DNA of 63,094 nt, taken from assembly GCF_000002075.1 (NCBI RefSeq), contig NW_004797413.1:953455-1016548 (forward strand), given 5' to 3'. A program made the position numbers and the translations under genes. The stretch comes from Aplysia californica (taxonomy: Eukaryota). The notes beneath the pieces are model-generated. The model was not told the DNA's origin. It saw only the letters and a list, made by a program, of their open reading frames with translations, and made no database searches. Positions 48,701 to 60,591 of this stretch are shown here, piece after piece. The stretch's first letter is position 1; the number at the start of each line of letters is the position of its first letter.

Positions 48701-50903
48701 TGCACATATCTTGATTTCTATTCAAGATTATAAATGGATATTTTTTTCAGCGAAAGCAAAGCAAATGAAGAACCTTTAAGATGACAATAACAACTCCACA
48801 TGCCCAAAAATTGACGAACGCCTGATTCCACCGCGTCGTGACACATATAAAATTGCCAAATACACTGTGCATCAATACTATTTACATCAGTGTAATATGA
48901 CATTTGCATAATGCATAAGTCAGACAAAATCCAGACAATCTCAGAAATCCGGCTACTCAGATCTATCCAGAAAATTGGTACTTCTTGTACAATACAAGTA
49001 AACTCACTCTCACCTTTTCCATTAGAGTACATGGCATGGACACCCTCTGGAATGATGACAGCAAGGGCAGTGCCGACCAACAAACCAGCTCCCAGGACAG
49101 TCACCATTTTCAACTTTTCCTGAACGTAGAAACAAAGACATATATTTCGTTGCATAAAGTAAAGCATAATTTTCCTTCCAAAAAAAATTGTAAGGGGTAT
49201 AAATCTGTAAAATTGCTTGATAAAAGCTTAAATCCAGTACAAGTCTGAATGTTTGTCCCCATAATACCGACAACCATAAAAAATTGCAATGTAGCATTAA
49301 TCTAATTAAATTCAGGAGCTGTGCAGGTGTAAAATACAAATTTAATAGAGAGAAGGATCACTTGCTCAGGCCAAAGCTAAATATCTTGCGTGATCTCTCC
49401 TTCTGAAGTTATCCGTTAGGTTCTTCCATGTTCTGTTCATATACATCGAGGTTTTAGTTTCATGACTAGCTTTTATGTAGTACAGTCTGTGTCATTTCCT
49501 CTACGCTCTATTAAGAATCTAACATTTTTCTGGGATTCAATTTGGGGGGGGGTGTATTCAATTAATTATTCATCATTTGAATTTGGAATTTCTCCCACTT
49601 TATGTTTGCAATTTCCAATTGGAATTCGTTTCCAATTTGAGTGTGGAGGAGTACATCATGTTCAAATAGTTAATTTTAGACTTCATAGAGTAAAGTTACC
49701 AACAAGACCTCAGAATTATGTATGAAACTGACCTCAGAATTATGTATGAAACTGAAAGCAAAGGAGATTGTAGTCTTGTTTCTTTGTTTTAGTAGAGGTT
49801 TTACAGCGCTCGCAACTGCATTATAAGGTCATATGAGCGCCAGAAGATTAGAGGTGTTACAAGAAGAGAGTGTTACAAACATAAAAAAAGAAGATGGGGA
49901 GATAAGGATGATAGATGTTTGATAGGAAAGAAGAAGCAAACCACACCAGAGCACCCGCCAACCACCCACATTGTAGTCTTGTGAAGTCCGTGTTTGTAAG
50001 ACATTAGAATCTAGAATCTAGATGATAAAAAAATAATGAAGCTACAGCGAGTGCAAGCACCTAGATCTAGATCTAGCAAATCCCTGTGACTGGCCCAAAT
50101 ATAGATGACGTTATTCAAGCACCTTTTCTTGTCGTCTTCTGGGGCTTCCCCCAAGACTATTGGGATTCCTTTGCCGGTAACTATTGACTAGATCTCGCCA
50201 TCTTTGGGGTTGGGTTTTTTTTTGTATTAATTTGTGTTGTCTTTTATATAAACAATCTCAGCAATTCTCATTCCAAATTTACCTTCTTCTTCTAAAAGTT
50301 GTACACGCACACACACTCAAGCACAAGCACGTGAGCGCGCGCACACACACACACACTAACACACAACAAGCGCGCACACACATTAACACACAACAAGCGT
50401 GCGCACACACACACCCACAGCCATAGCAGTCAGCGATGAAACCTAGATCTAGATCTAGATGTGAAGGCAAAGCGGGCCCGCCACGGGCCACCCACAGTGA
50501 GTATTTCTAGATTTCTAGTTAACTTGCGAGGGAAGCCCTGGAAGACGACAAAAATAGACGGCAGAAATACGTGTGCTAGGTGTGCTAGGTGCTCCCTGTA
50601 GTTTCATGTAACAGAAAACAATAGAAGTAGAAACACAACACAATCACAAAATAACAATGTTTGAAGAAAAACAAAACAATCACAATGACTGTGACTGTGA
50701 GAGGATGTGAGAGATGAGGATAAAAAGACTCATTCGATGTTGAAGACTTCAAAAATGCATTCTGGCTAATGATGTGTAATATTCACGTACAGTATATACA
50801 TATTTACCTCAGATAACGTTATTGTTAGGGGTATAACGCCAGCTAAGTAACATCCTACGAGCATAGCAAAAGATAAGCCAAGGAGGGTTACAGCTTCATC
50901 CAT
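45792..50903 (-). CDS. SLC39A9: Zinc transporter ZIP9, 327 aa
   Basis: Exons (minus) 50808-50903, 49014-49119, 47871-48185, 47279-47364, 46580-46714, 45792-46037 (984 nt); intron 4 is GC-AG. Motifs [93 protein letters not shown]-terminal GHKH*. Confidence 0.97.
46088..46303. repeat. 39-bp minisatellite, ~5.5 copies, just upstream of the SLC39A9 last-exon acceptor
   Basis: Unit CAAAGTTCAACATGAAATAGA(T/C)G(C/A)GTGAGGATGTAGGT. Confidence 0.9.
48475..48845. mobile_element. MITE family B copy
   Basis: TGTGAGGCAGTGTGGTGAAATCAGG ... CCTGATTCCACCGCGTCGTGACACA. Confidence 0.85.
49780..49969 (-). mobile_element. Family A1 full-length copy
   Basis: 13-bp TSD ATTGTAGTCTTGT on both flanks. Confidence 0.92.
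50128..50552. mobile_element. Putative MITE with an internal CA-rich tract
   Basis: Inverted ends TTGTCGTCTTCTGGGGCTTCCC / GGGAAGCCCTGGAAGACGACAA. Confidence 0.55.
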
Positions 50904-51469
50904 CTTTATCGTTTTTCACACCAGAACCACGTACATGTTTTGGTTGTTACGCTAGATGGCAGGTGTGGCTTCCGGTGAACTATATAGACATAAATTCTGT
51001 GTAATTCTTGCTTCTTGGCAGCTCCTAATAAAAATGCTTTTCCCCTTACCATTATCAAACTTATATTTGTAGAGTTTCTATTAACCCATATTCTAAATAA
51101 AGTTATCACATCAGAATGAAAACGTTACTCTTATTCAAGAAACAGAATTTAAAATTTCACGAATTTTTGCTAGCTTTGAAACCATAGGTGTGAATATAGC
51201 CAGCTTCCTCTTCTTAGTCGATGATTGTATACAAATCCTCTGCTTGACGTTGACAGTGTGTCTATAAACAGCCTAAGAACAATGGTATGCTTACTGGCAG
51301 TATTATGTATTGTTTTGAAAATTGTTGGCAAAATGAATAGCTTGATGCCCATTTGATTAGAGGATCAATTTGTGTTCCAAACAGTAGTTACAGAGCCCAA
51401 GAACGCCGTAATCCCAATATCGATAATACCCTCCTTGTTCATGTTCCGAGAACACATGAAACCAAAAGT

Positions 51470-51860
51470 AATCAATCGTGCCCACGTCGTGACGACGTGA
51501 CTGCATAACTGATCAGGGAAAGCAGTGAAATTGATCTCTGGAAACTTTAATATGTTGCTTGGGTCTTCTGATATATCATTGGGGAGGAGTTCCGCAGAGG
51601 GCGCCACTTAGCATGACAAGGTCCACTGATTCAGTACTGATTATAAACTAGAGTAGGCCCGCATCACCGCGCTACTGTTTTGGTGCGCAACCCCCGGTCT
51701 CCTGCTTTGTTTTGGATAAGAACAGCGAAAACGAGGTCATTTTCTGTGAGCATGCGCAGAATGCAGCTTATTTCACTTTCGTTTTGGAGGTTCCTGTCAA
51801 CACACGTGATTCTACGGTGTCGGAAAGTTTTGCCCCGTCATTTCATATTAATGGTTTTCG
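51470..51860. promoter_or_regulatory. Probable shared promoter region of SLC39A9 / ERH
   Basis: CpG-rich; CRE-like CACGTCGTGACGACGTGA (~51483), CTCF-like CCGCAGAGGGCGCCA (51592), NRF1-like GCATGCGCAG (~51750), E-box CACGTG (~51803). The TSS cannot be determined from sequence. Confidence 0.45.
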
Positions 51861-53795
51861 TAACCGGTATCGATCAATTTACTAAGCGCTTGAGTAGTCG
51901 ATTATTTAGCACATCTAGCTAATCTAGCTCTAATGTATCGTAGAATGTATACTAGAATCGATAAATACTATCGCAGGCTGCTTCTTAATGCCCAGGAACG
52001 TGCTAGATAGGGTTGCGCACTGAAGCGGACCAAATTTGGGCAGTCCGTTTCGTGCGCAATATCGGCTTTTTTGCTATTTGGCATTGATAGTGTGGCTTCT
52101 AGGCCCTTTGTTTGTTTTACTTATTAAGTTATTTCTCTATGACCTGCATTGTGCACTGAAACAGACTGTTTTCCTTCCATTTGGATGCATTATATTGCCA
52201 TTGGAAGATGATAAGTTAATGTATTCATGTCAAAATTAATTAATATGGAAATATAATCTCCAAAATGTTCAATTTCTTCTTTTCATGTCTTTTTCTTCTT
52301 CTTTTTTGCCCTTTTCCTTAAAGAATACTAGTCTAGGTATAGTCTAATTCTTGTTTTCTTCTTTCACTTCCTTGTGTCCACAGCACCTTTCTTTTTCAAT
52401 TTCTTCTTTTCACGTCTTTTTCTTCTTCTTTTTTGTCCTTTTCCTTCTAAAATACTAGTCTAGGTATAGTCTTATTAAGTTTATTCTTGTTTTCTTCTTT
52501 CCCCTTCTTGTGTCCACAGCACCTTTCTTTTTATCCATTATTATCAAAACACATACACAAGGTGTAAGGAAATCTCCTGTCAGGGGGCGCCCAGCTCCCA
52601 AAAAGAACACGCCTAATTGACCTTGGCCTTCCATTATGGTCAGTACAGGAACTTCTTGCAAGGAAAAGAAGACAAAGCAAGGATAGAGAAAGATGAAAAG
52701 TGTCAGAAAAGAGCTAGATCTAGATCTAGAGCTGTAAACTGTAAACATGGTACTATTGCGCACCCAACAAGACGATATGTTGCACCAAACCAGAAACCTT
52801 GCGCACCAAACCAGACACACGTTACCAAACAAACACCACCACAACATATAGAAATTTTAAACTGCTGTTACAGTAATGCGCTACACCGTATAGAGAGGAA
52901 GTTTTTCTAACTTCTGGTGAAAAAATCATGAAGATCGACCTGTAACTTCCAGAGATATCCACAAAAGATCGCTTACTGTATATCGCACCACAGGATGTAC
53001 TCTAGTAGGGCCACCTCTAGACTCTAGATCTAGATTCTAGATCTAGACTCTATATAGAATCTATTCTCACAGCCGTTAAACGTAGAAAAAAAGCATCTTT
53101 CTGATTGGCTGCTAATTTTAGTACTGAACTGTGATGTCATCACTCCCTGGGATACCCACATGGAACGACGTGTTTTCGGTAACATTTCGGATTTCCTAGA
53201 TCTAATCTAGATTCTAGATAAACCCGGTCCCAGATCTAGAATCTAGATCTAGATATCTAGAGATCTAGATTCTAGAGATCTAGATAGTAGGCCTACTTGG
53301 ACATGATGGAAGACCGCACAAAAATTGCCGTAAAGACGCAGGAGGATCTAGATCTAGATTAGATCTACACCCCCCCCCCCCCCCCCCCCCCACCCTCCTG
53401 CATTTTTAATCACTAACATTTTTTTTTTTTTAACAACAACTTCAAAGCCAAAGCAACTCTACAAATTAGGCCTATAACTATATGGGACTTGGTCAGTCGG
53501 GAGGAAGAGAAGAGAAAAAAAACAACTGTCCGGGACTGGGATCGAACGGCTTCAAAAATCATTGCACGACTTCAAACGCAGACTCGCTGTCGATTGAGCC
53601 ATCAGAACTTCCAAGAGATAGGTACCTGTGTAGATTAATCATGATATTCATGATAGACACTTCCATCTTTGGTGCCATGTGGTTGGCTATACTTAGATGT
53701 AGTCTCGTGATCGGAGGGATATCCTGGTCTGACGTCAAACAAGATGGGCGCCTTACCTAAAAATAGTTTGCGTCTTTCTACGTTTAATCGCATGT

Positions 53796-54560
53796 TATTC
53801 TCACCCCGGGTGAGAATAGCGCAGACGAGTCTTTTGGCTATTCTCACCCGGTGTGCACTCACCGTTAGAGCCTAGATCTAGGCCAACAAATTTTGCGTTC
53901 ACCCTGAACCATAGAATTTTACACTGTGATAACAGAACAATTGTAGAATTCTGTGCCTTGAACAAACGTTCCATTACTACTGTTAGTCTAAAAGCGTACA
54001 ATTTTGTCTGTGGGCAGTGGAGAGAGAGAGAGAGAGGAGTAGTACGAGAACTTCCAGGCAAAACAAAATGGCGACCCGCGTAGTTCGGCTCCATTCGAAA
54101 AGTTAAATAGCCGTAGCATCTTTGGAGACGACCAAATTGATTTACTTTATTGTGTTTTTACATCATTTTTTTACTTTGTTTTGGTCAATTTGATCGTCCA
54201 CACCGATAGACAGTATTCAGAAAGAGTCAGAGAGAGAGAAGAGGGGAGGAGTAGATCTTGCGAGAACTTCTGGGCAAAACAAAATGGCGACCCGCGTAGT
54301 TCGGCTCCATTCGAAAAGTGAAATAGCCGTAGCATCTTTGTAGACGATCAAATTAGCTTACCTTTGAACTATAAAGTAAAGTAATTTTTTCTTTGCTTTT
54401 ATCCATTCGATCATCCACACCGATAGAAAGTATTCCGAAATTAGGAAAAACAGGTTTTGTTTCACACCGTGTGAAAATAGCCAACGGTGGCAAGTCTCAC
54501 CCGGGGTGAGAGGTCGATCGTATTTTTATTCTCACCATGGGTGAGGATAGCCACTTCCAT
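53796..54560 (-). mobile_element. Family C element, second copy, with an internal ~210-bp duplication
   Basis: Reverse-complement match to 21008-21620; the block GAGAACTTC...CAAAATGGCGACCCGCGTAGTTCGGCTCC occurs twice. Confidence 0.75.
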
Positions 54561-54734
54561 AAACTAGACTACTAGGATAGGCCTGGGAGTTAGGGTAAGG
54601 GTTAGGTGTTCTTGGTTGGCGGCCCTCTGCAGAACTCCGTCCTATCGTTGTCTTCTTGCCATGAAATGTATCTAAACTATAATGGCCTATTTTTTAGTTC
54701 TTTTTTTGCTAGTTTCAGGTCTAGTCACTTTTAG

Positions 54735-56590
54735 TGGCGCCCTGAATGCAGTTTGCAGGCGCTGTTGAGGCTACGTTCACGTCACTCAAGCTTCTTTTAG
54801 ACGGAGCGTCCACTGCCAGTTTAATTAACCCACTCAGTACCATAACGGCCGTAGCCGGCCGCTTCCGTTTCATAAACCTTGTACCATTACGGCCGTAGCC
54901 GGCCACGCGCTAGTAGCGTTGTTTCTAGGGAAGTGTACACGCTTAGTAGCCATCGTATTTAACCCGCATTTCGACCAATCAGAAAATAGATAATCATTCT
55001 CTCCTTGAGAGCAGCAGGGACATAACTCTGGAAATTTTAGTTGGACTAAATTCAATGTAAACAAACCAGTTCACACGGGTCGCGCAAGCCAAGATCGAGC
55101 GTTCTTCGCAAGCCACTGGCATCGCGTTCAGACTGATTTAGGCGAACTTTTGGATAATTTTAATGAAAATAACTGTGCTGGGGGAGAAAACCCACAGAAT
55201 GGTAGCAATTTAAGTGGAAGTGACATTGATGGTGATCTAATTGTGCCTTTGGGGGGTGGTTTGGACAATGAGAATGAGGTCAATGAGGAGCATATGGCTA
55301 GATCTAGATCTACAACTCGGCTGATTTTATCTTCAATTATATGAAATACAGTCAACACACACAGTAAACAAGTAATTTATAAATTAAAATTTATTCATTT
55401 GTGAAGAACTTGTTTCAAGATTTTTTTTTGATCAATGGATTGGTTATTTTATAATGATTTTTAAAAAATACCCACTACATCACAAACACGGATTTATTCC
55501 CCTTTGCGTGGTCCTGAGCCATCTTCCCACTGGAAATCCAGTGGTACTGAGTGGGTTAAGTAAGCCGGTTTTAGTCAATGACGACAGTGACGTATATATT
55601 TAATATATTGGCCTGCTTCAAGCGTTCCCTCCCCTGAGATGAAGGAAAACAGCTCTGATCCTTGACCGATCGAGCTTTCGTCGTTTTCCCTGACACTGAG
55701 CTCTGGCTCAGAGCTCGCCAGTACTGTAAAGGAAAACGACGAACTCACAATTACGCAACAACGCATTAGGAATAATGTGACAAAAATGTATATTTTATAC
55801 ACTTACCAAGATGTTTCAATTGCCCTATCTCGCGTCCGGGCGAGACTTGGGTGCGACCTTGTGTTAGCGCGTGACGGCCTGTGATATACGAGTGTAAACA
55901 AACATTCCAGCACTCTCGAGTTGAAAGTGTGCAATTTTGTCCACGGGCAGTGTGTGTGTGTGTGAGATAGAGAGAGGGAGAGAGCGAGAAGGTGGGTGGG
56001 GGGGGGGATGATGCGACACATGTACGGAGAGACAGACAGACAGAAACAGAAAAATAGAGAGAGAATTGGGGGGGGGGGGGGAGAAAGAGAGAAGGAAAGA
56101 GAAAGGGGAGAGAGAGAGACAAACAGAGAAAAGGGGGGTGTGAGTGTTTATAATTATAATAAGAATTTCATATATTTTATTGATTCCTGTCATTTTCTCT
56201 CTGCGTCGGTTCCCAGGCTGACCCATTGGATTACAGTCATTATTGTACACATTTTATGACCAGTCCCATCTTCTGTTTCCCATCTCTCACTCTCACCTCT
56301 TGTGTCCCATGTACCGTATCCAATTTCCGTATTCCCATTATATCCCGACTTTAAATCTGTAAGGGCGCTTCGTTTTCCTTCATCTCATGGGGTGGAACAC
56401 TTGACTTGAAGCTGGCCAAAATATTAAATATGTATACGTCACTGTCCTCACTGACTAAAACCGGCAGTGGATGCACCCCCTAAACGAAGCTTTAGTGCTG
56501 TGAACGTAGCCTCAACAGGGCCTGCAAACTGCATTCAGGGTGCCGTGAACGTAGCCTGCCAATTATGTTGACGGCGCCGCGAACGTAGCC
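54735..56590. mobile_element. Long-TIR (~170 bp) non-autonomous DNA element, left arm interrupted by a piggyBac-like element
   Basis: 54736-54820 plus 55564-55640 are reverse-complementary to ~56380-56545; GAACGTAGCC subterminal repeats. Confidence 0.7.
54829..55555. mobile_element. piggyBac-like internally deleted element
   Basis: TTAA at 54825-54828 and 55556-55559; perfect 14-bp TIR CCCACTCAGTACCA; short acidic ORF remnant (55150-55344, SGSDIDGD...DNENEVNEE) reminiscent of a transposase N-terminus. Confidence 0.85.
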
Positions 56591-57503
56591 AGCTGCATAT
56601 TTTTTATAGATCTTATAATGTGTTGAGATGATTGATGAAGCCATTTTTCCTCTTGAAGTAGGTCTAGAATATATAATATTTGTTCAAATGTTTTCAGAAT
56701 TTTACTTACCCAACACAACTTTACTTTAATTATTGAATACCTGGAAAGTGCGTAAACTAGGTATCACAATCACAGTAGATGTCTAAATCTATCTTTTAAC
56801 TTTTTATTATATAATTATATAATTTTAGGTGAATTAGTTGTATATAACATAACATCATGTAGTGTGTAATCATAGTATATAGTTAGGCTACTGTCTGTGC
56901 ACAGTGTGTAGTGTATGTATTCTGTCGCTATGTTAAGTTTTATCTTCTTCATTAAACCTTAATTGTTATTAACGTTGACTGTTATAGTAAGCTATAAAAA
57001 CTTTAGTATGGTTCTGCTCCTGGCAGTCAGATTTAACGTGTAAGAATGTCAGCACAATTTTCAGTGGTTTTATTTGTGGTAGCCTACGTAGTAGGCCTAC
57101 TTCAATAAAATTGGAGCTGTCCGTCTTTGTTTTTTGGGCCTTTTTTTTTTTTGTCTGCGGAAGAACCCCCTTCAGATTTACATGATGTATAAAAATCTGA
57201 GTCTTCGGGGGTTCTGGAGGCTACGATTATTTTTTTACCCCAAACTCAAAGTTTTAGGGAGAACCTTGAGGAAAAGTTCCATTTTTAGTCATGAGGGGAC
57301 CAACATGTCTGAGGTTATGTTTGTCCAAAAATTTTAGGTCCATTCAATGATTATTTTTGTGTGTGTGTTCGTGTTTGTCTGTGTGTGTGCAAGAGAGAGA
57401 GAGAGAAAGCGTGTGTGTTCATGTAGGTATTTATCATGTGGCAATAAGTTTCTCTCTGTGAAGATTGTTAAAATCTTATAAAATCTCTAATCTTTTTTTT
57501 CAG

Positions 57504-60500
57504 TCTCACACAATTCTCCTTGTGCAGCCGAACCAAAGGCCAGAGACGAGGACATACTCTGATTATGAGTCTTTAAATGAATGTCTGGAAGGTAAGAGCT
57601 AGGCCAGGGCAAGATCGACTCTGGGATCGATTCTTTCGAGTCCAAATGAGGACTCAAAGAATCGATCTTGTTCCCAGACTCTAAGCTTCGAGTCCGCCCA
57701 GGGTCGATGCCTCCCGTCTCCTTTTTTTTTGCCTGATTCCTAGCCTAGACTCCGAGAATCGAGGCAAGAATCTAGATCTCTACCGCACTATTACAGTCCT
57801 GTCGAGTTTTCCGCTTCAAAACAGACACCGCACCAGGACAGGACTGATCCGGCGCATAAGGCGGCTTCTTTGATGTCGGCCTAGGCGGAGTTAAAAATGC
57901 ATTCCAAAAATTTTTTAAATATTGATCTAATTTAAGAAATAATAAGATTTTCGTGATCAGCGACCCAAAATTAGCAAAAATTACGCGGGGAACCCAATTT
58001 AAAGCCCGATTACCAAGTTAAATTAATTTTTGTGAGTTTTGTTTACTTATATGTTTTTTGTTTTTTTCGCTATTTGAATTTGGCGTGCACTAGGCCTTGA
58101 TACATGTATCAAGAAAAAAGAGAAAGAGAAAACAGGGTTAGGTCAGTCATACTGTCCCACCGATGTTGTAGTAATTCACAACTGCTCGGGACCCAATGCA
58201 ACAAAAATGTCACGTCCCAATAATAGGTGCGGTACATTACACTCTAGTTCAAAGGTTTCAAACGTCAGACGGGTCTGTCCCGGGACGAACTTTCGTAGGC
58301 CTGCTGAAGTAGGGGCAAGAAACTGCCAGTCAGTCACTATATCAATTGTTTCACACAACCCCACACCCCACCCCACCTTCCTCTTCCTCTTCCCCGCTAT
58401 GAGTGAATGCTAAACTAGGCCTAGGCCTACTTGTCGTGTCTACCGTGTAGCCCAGTACGAAACCACGCTGCACATAGGCTACTGCTACTTTGAATGTTAT
58501 TGCCCCACCCCCGCCCATCCCAAATTAAATCATTCACTTCCCTTTTCTCTTTCTTTTGTCTTGAACATTAAACGCTTGCTTTTGAATTTCCCTGCACTTT
58601 CATCGTCACTGTACACGTATTCTTTTGTAAATCATATTGTGTGTTTTGAGTTGGTATCAATGAGTCATCATGTCTGGACGTCGATCTTTAGCTTCGGACT
58701 TTTTTTATAAGCTGGAAAACACAGTACTGTTGTTTGTATGATTTGTTTGTAATAATATTTTGGCATACAATAACACAACGTCGACAATAACAAAACATTT
58801 GTCATCAAAGCATGCTTTGACGTATCAGGAAGCAAAGGGTGCAAGAGAGAAGGAACCTGTGCCCCATGCATTGGCAAGAGTGATAAAAGGGAGGCAACAC
58901 ACACACACACACCCACACATGACACACACACGCAAACACACACGACACACACACACACACACACAAATGCGTGAAAGCCAACTTGTCTCTTAGCACGCGC
59001 GCAGGCTTAGCCAGCCACTTCTGTCAAACTCAAGAATCGAGGTCTCATCTTAAGAGCTATTTTTAGCAGTGTTCAAGACTCGAGGTCTCGATCTTAAGAG
59101 CTATTTTTAGCAGTGTTCAAGACTCGTGGTCTCGACCTTAAGAGCTATTTTAGCAGTGTTCAAGTCATGGCCTCTAAACAGCCCACTTGAAGCAGCTTCC
59201 AAAATCGAAAATCGGACTCGATTCCTCGATCTTTTTTCAGTTTTGGGATCGAGGCCTCGAGTCTTTTTGTCGTCGATCTTGCCCTGGCCTAGTAAGAGCT
59301 GGTCTTAAAGTTACATTGTATTGCCTTTCTAAGTTTTTTGTTAGTGAGTGGGTGCTCCGGTGTGGTTTTTGCTTCTTCTTTTCTATCAAACATCTATCGT
59401 CCTTATCTCCCCTTCTTATTTTTTATGTTTGTTTACTCTCTTGTAACGGCTCTAATCTTCTGGCGCTCGTATGACCTTATGCAGTTGTGAGCACCGTAAA
59501 ACCTCCACTAAAATTTTTGTTTGTGAACAAATTACTTTACTACCTCGGAACATGCTTGTTTGCTCCCTTTTTTCCATGTCTATTACGACTATTTTTATAG
59601 CTCTGAAATTCTCACATTAACTTATAATGTTACGAGATTTCTATTTCAGGTTTATAAAAAGCACTTGGGAATATAGGCCTACTATACATTATAATGTTTA
59701 TATTGTGTCCTGACACTTTGGGATCAGGTGCTTCTCCATTTTTTGTGCATATGGCCATAAAGCTAGTTCATTTGTTTCGCTCAAGATGAAAAAAACCCAT
59801 CTATCTTGACTGGAAGTCGAGATGAAGGATGTTGGGGGTTGCCTGGTGTAAGATATAATCATCATCATTGTTATCATTGCCTTTCTCACCCTGGATCAGG
59901 ATATAGGCCACCAAGAAAACCCTTTGCACCTTTTCCTATCCTGGGTTAGTCACTTGATGTCACTCCTTGTCATCCCTCTTTTCTGTACATCCATTTCCGT
60001 GACTCTCCTCCAGGTTCCATGTGGTATTCCCCTTGATCTTTCACCCTGTGGGTTCCAATCTTAACACTTTCCTTGTTATGCAGCTGCTTGAGAGATATAA
60101 TACTATTGGGAAAATGACTGCCAAAATTTGCCGACTTCCAAAGCTTGAATGTCCTTGGAAATTGCAAATTTACATTGTTTGGTGCCTTTGACACGAAATA
60201 TGTTTTTAAGTGGACATAAAAGACTGAGCCCCCCTCCCTAAAAATTTGAAAACGGTTACCCAGCAGGCCGGAAAATTTTTGTTTCTTCGGTTTCGTTGTT
60301 TGACGAGCATCTGATTTCACCACGATACCACTCTTTTATATATTATTTCTATCAGTAAATTACTATGTAATGTTAGTAATAATTTTTTGCCCCTGAGTTG
60401 GAGGAGAGAAATAAATTTTATCTCAAAACATAGAGAGTTCACTTTCACATATTTGCTCATTTTCCCACAGGTATCTGCAAAATCTTTGAGGAGCATTTGA

Positions 60501-60591
60501 AGAGACTGCACCCCCACGATCCATCTATCACATACGATATCTCACAATTGTTTGAGTTCATCGATCAGTTGACAGATCTTAGCTGCCTGGT
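57504..60591 (+). CDS. ERH: Enhancer of rudimentary homolog (partial: exons 2 and 3)
   Basis: Exon 57504-57591 ([30 protein letters not shown]) and exon 60471-60591 ([40 protein letters not shown]), GT-AG and phase-consistent. The ATG-bearing exon 1 is not firmly located (ATG|GT candidates at 51851, 52636, 52747). The final exon (PYNKDWIKEKIY-like) was not found and presumably lies beyond the window. Confidence 0.95.
57600..59291. mobile_element. Non-autonomous hAT element inserted at the ERH exon-2 splice donor
   Basis: 20-bp TIR TAGGCCAGGGCAAGATCGAC; 8-bp TSD GTAAGAGC at 57592-57599 and 59292-59299; internal ~40-bp repeat x3 at ~59040-59165. Confidence 0.9.
59344..59512 (+). mobile_element. 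Family A1 copy
   Basis: Near-consensus body and stem-loop tail. Confidence 0.85.
59860..60092 (-). mobile_element. 5'-truncated RTE-clade LINE 3' end (fossil ORF C-terminus plus tail)
   Basis: Minus strand encodes [50 protein letters not shown] (RTE C-terminal signature, with one frameshift and one stop); (ATG)n tail; TSD AGATATAAT at 59851-59859 and 60093-60101. Confidence 0.85.

Noticed and set aside
51680-51922. 80-aa ORF as ERH exon 1 or a separate gene
   Set aside because: No similarity to ERH; ERH exon 2 begins at residue 2 (SHTILL), so exon 1 should contribute essentially only the ATG.
54582-54606. Interstitial telomere (TTAGGG-like)
   Set aside because: Only ~3 degenerate units; more likely part of a transposon end.
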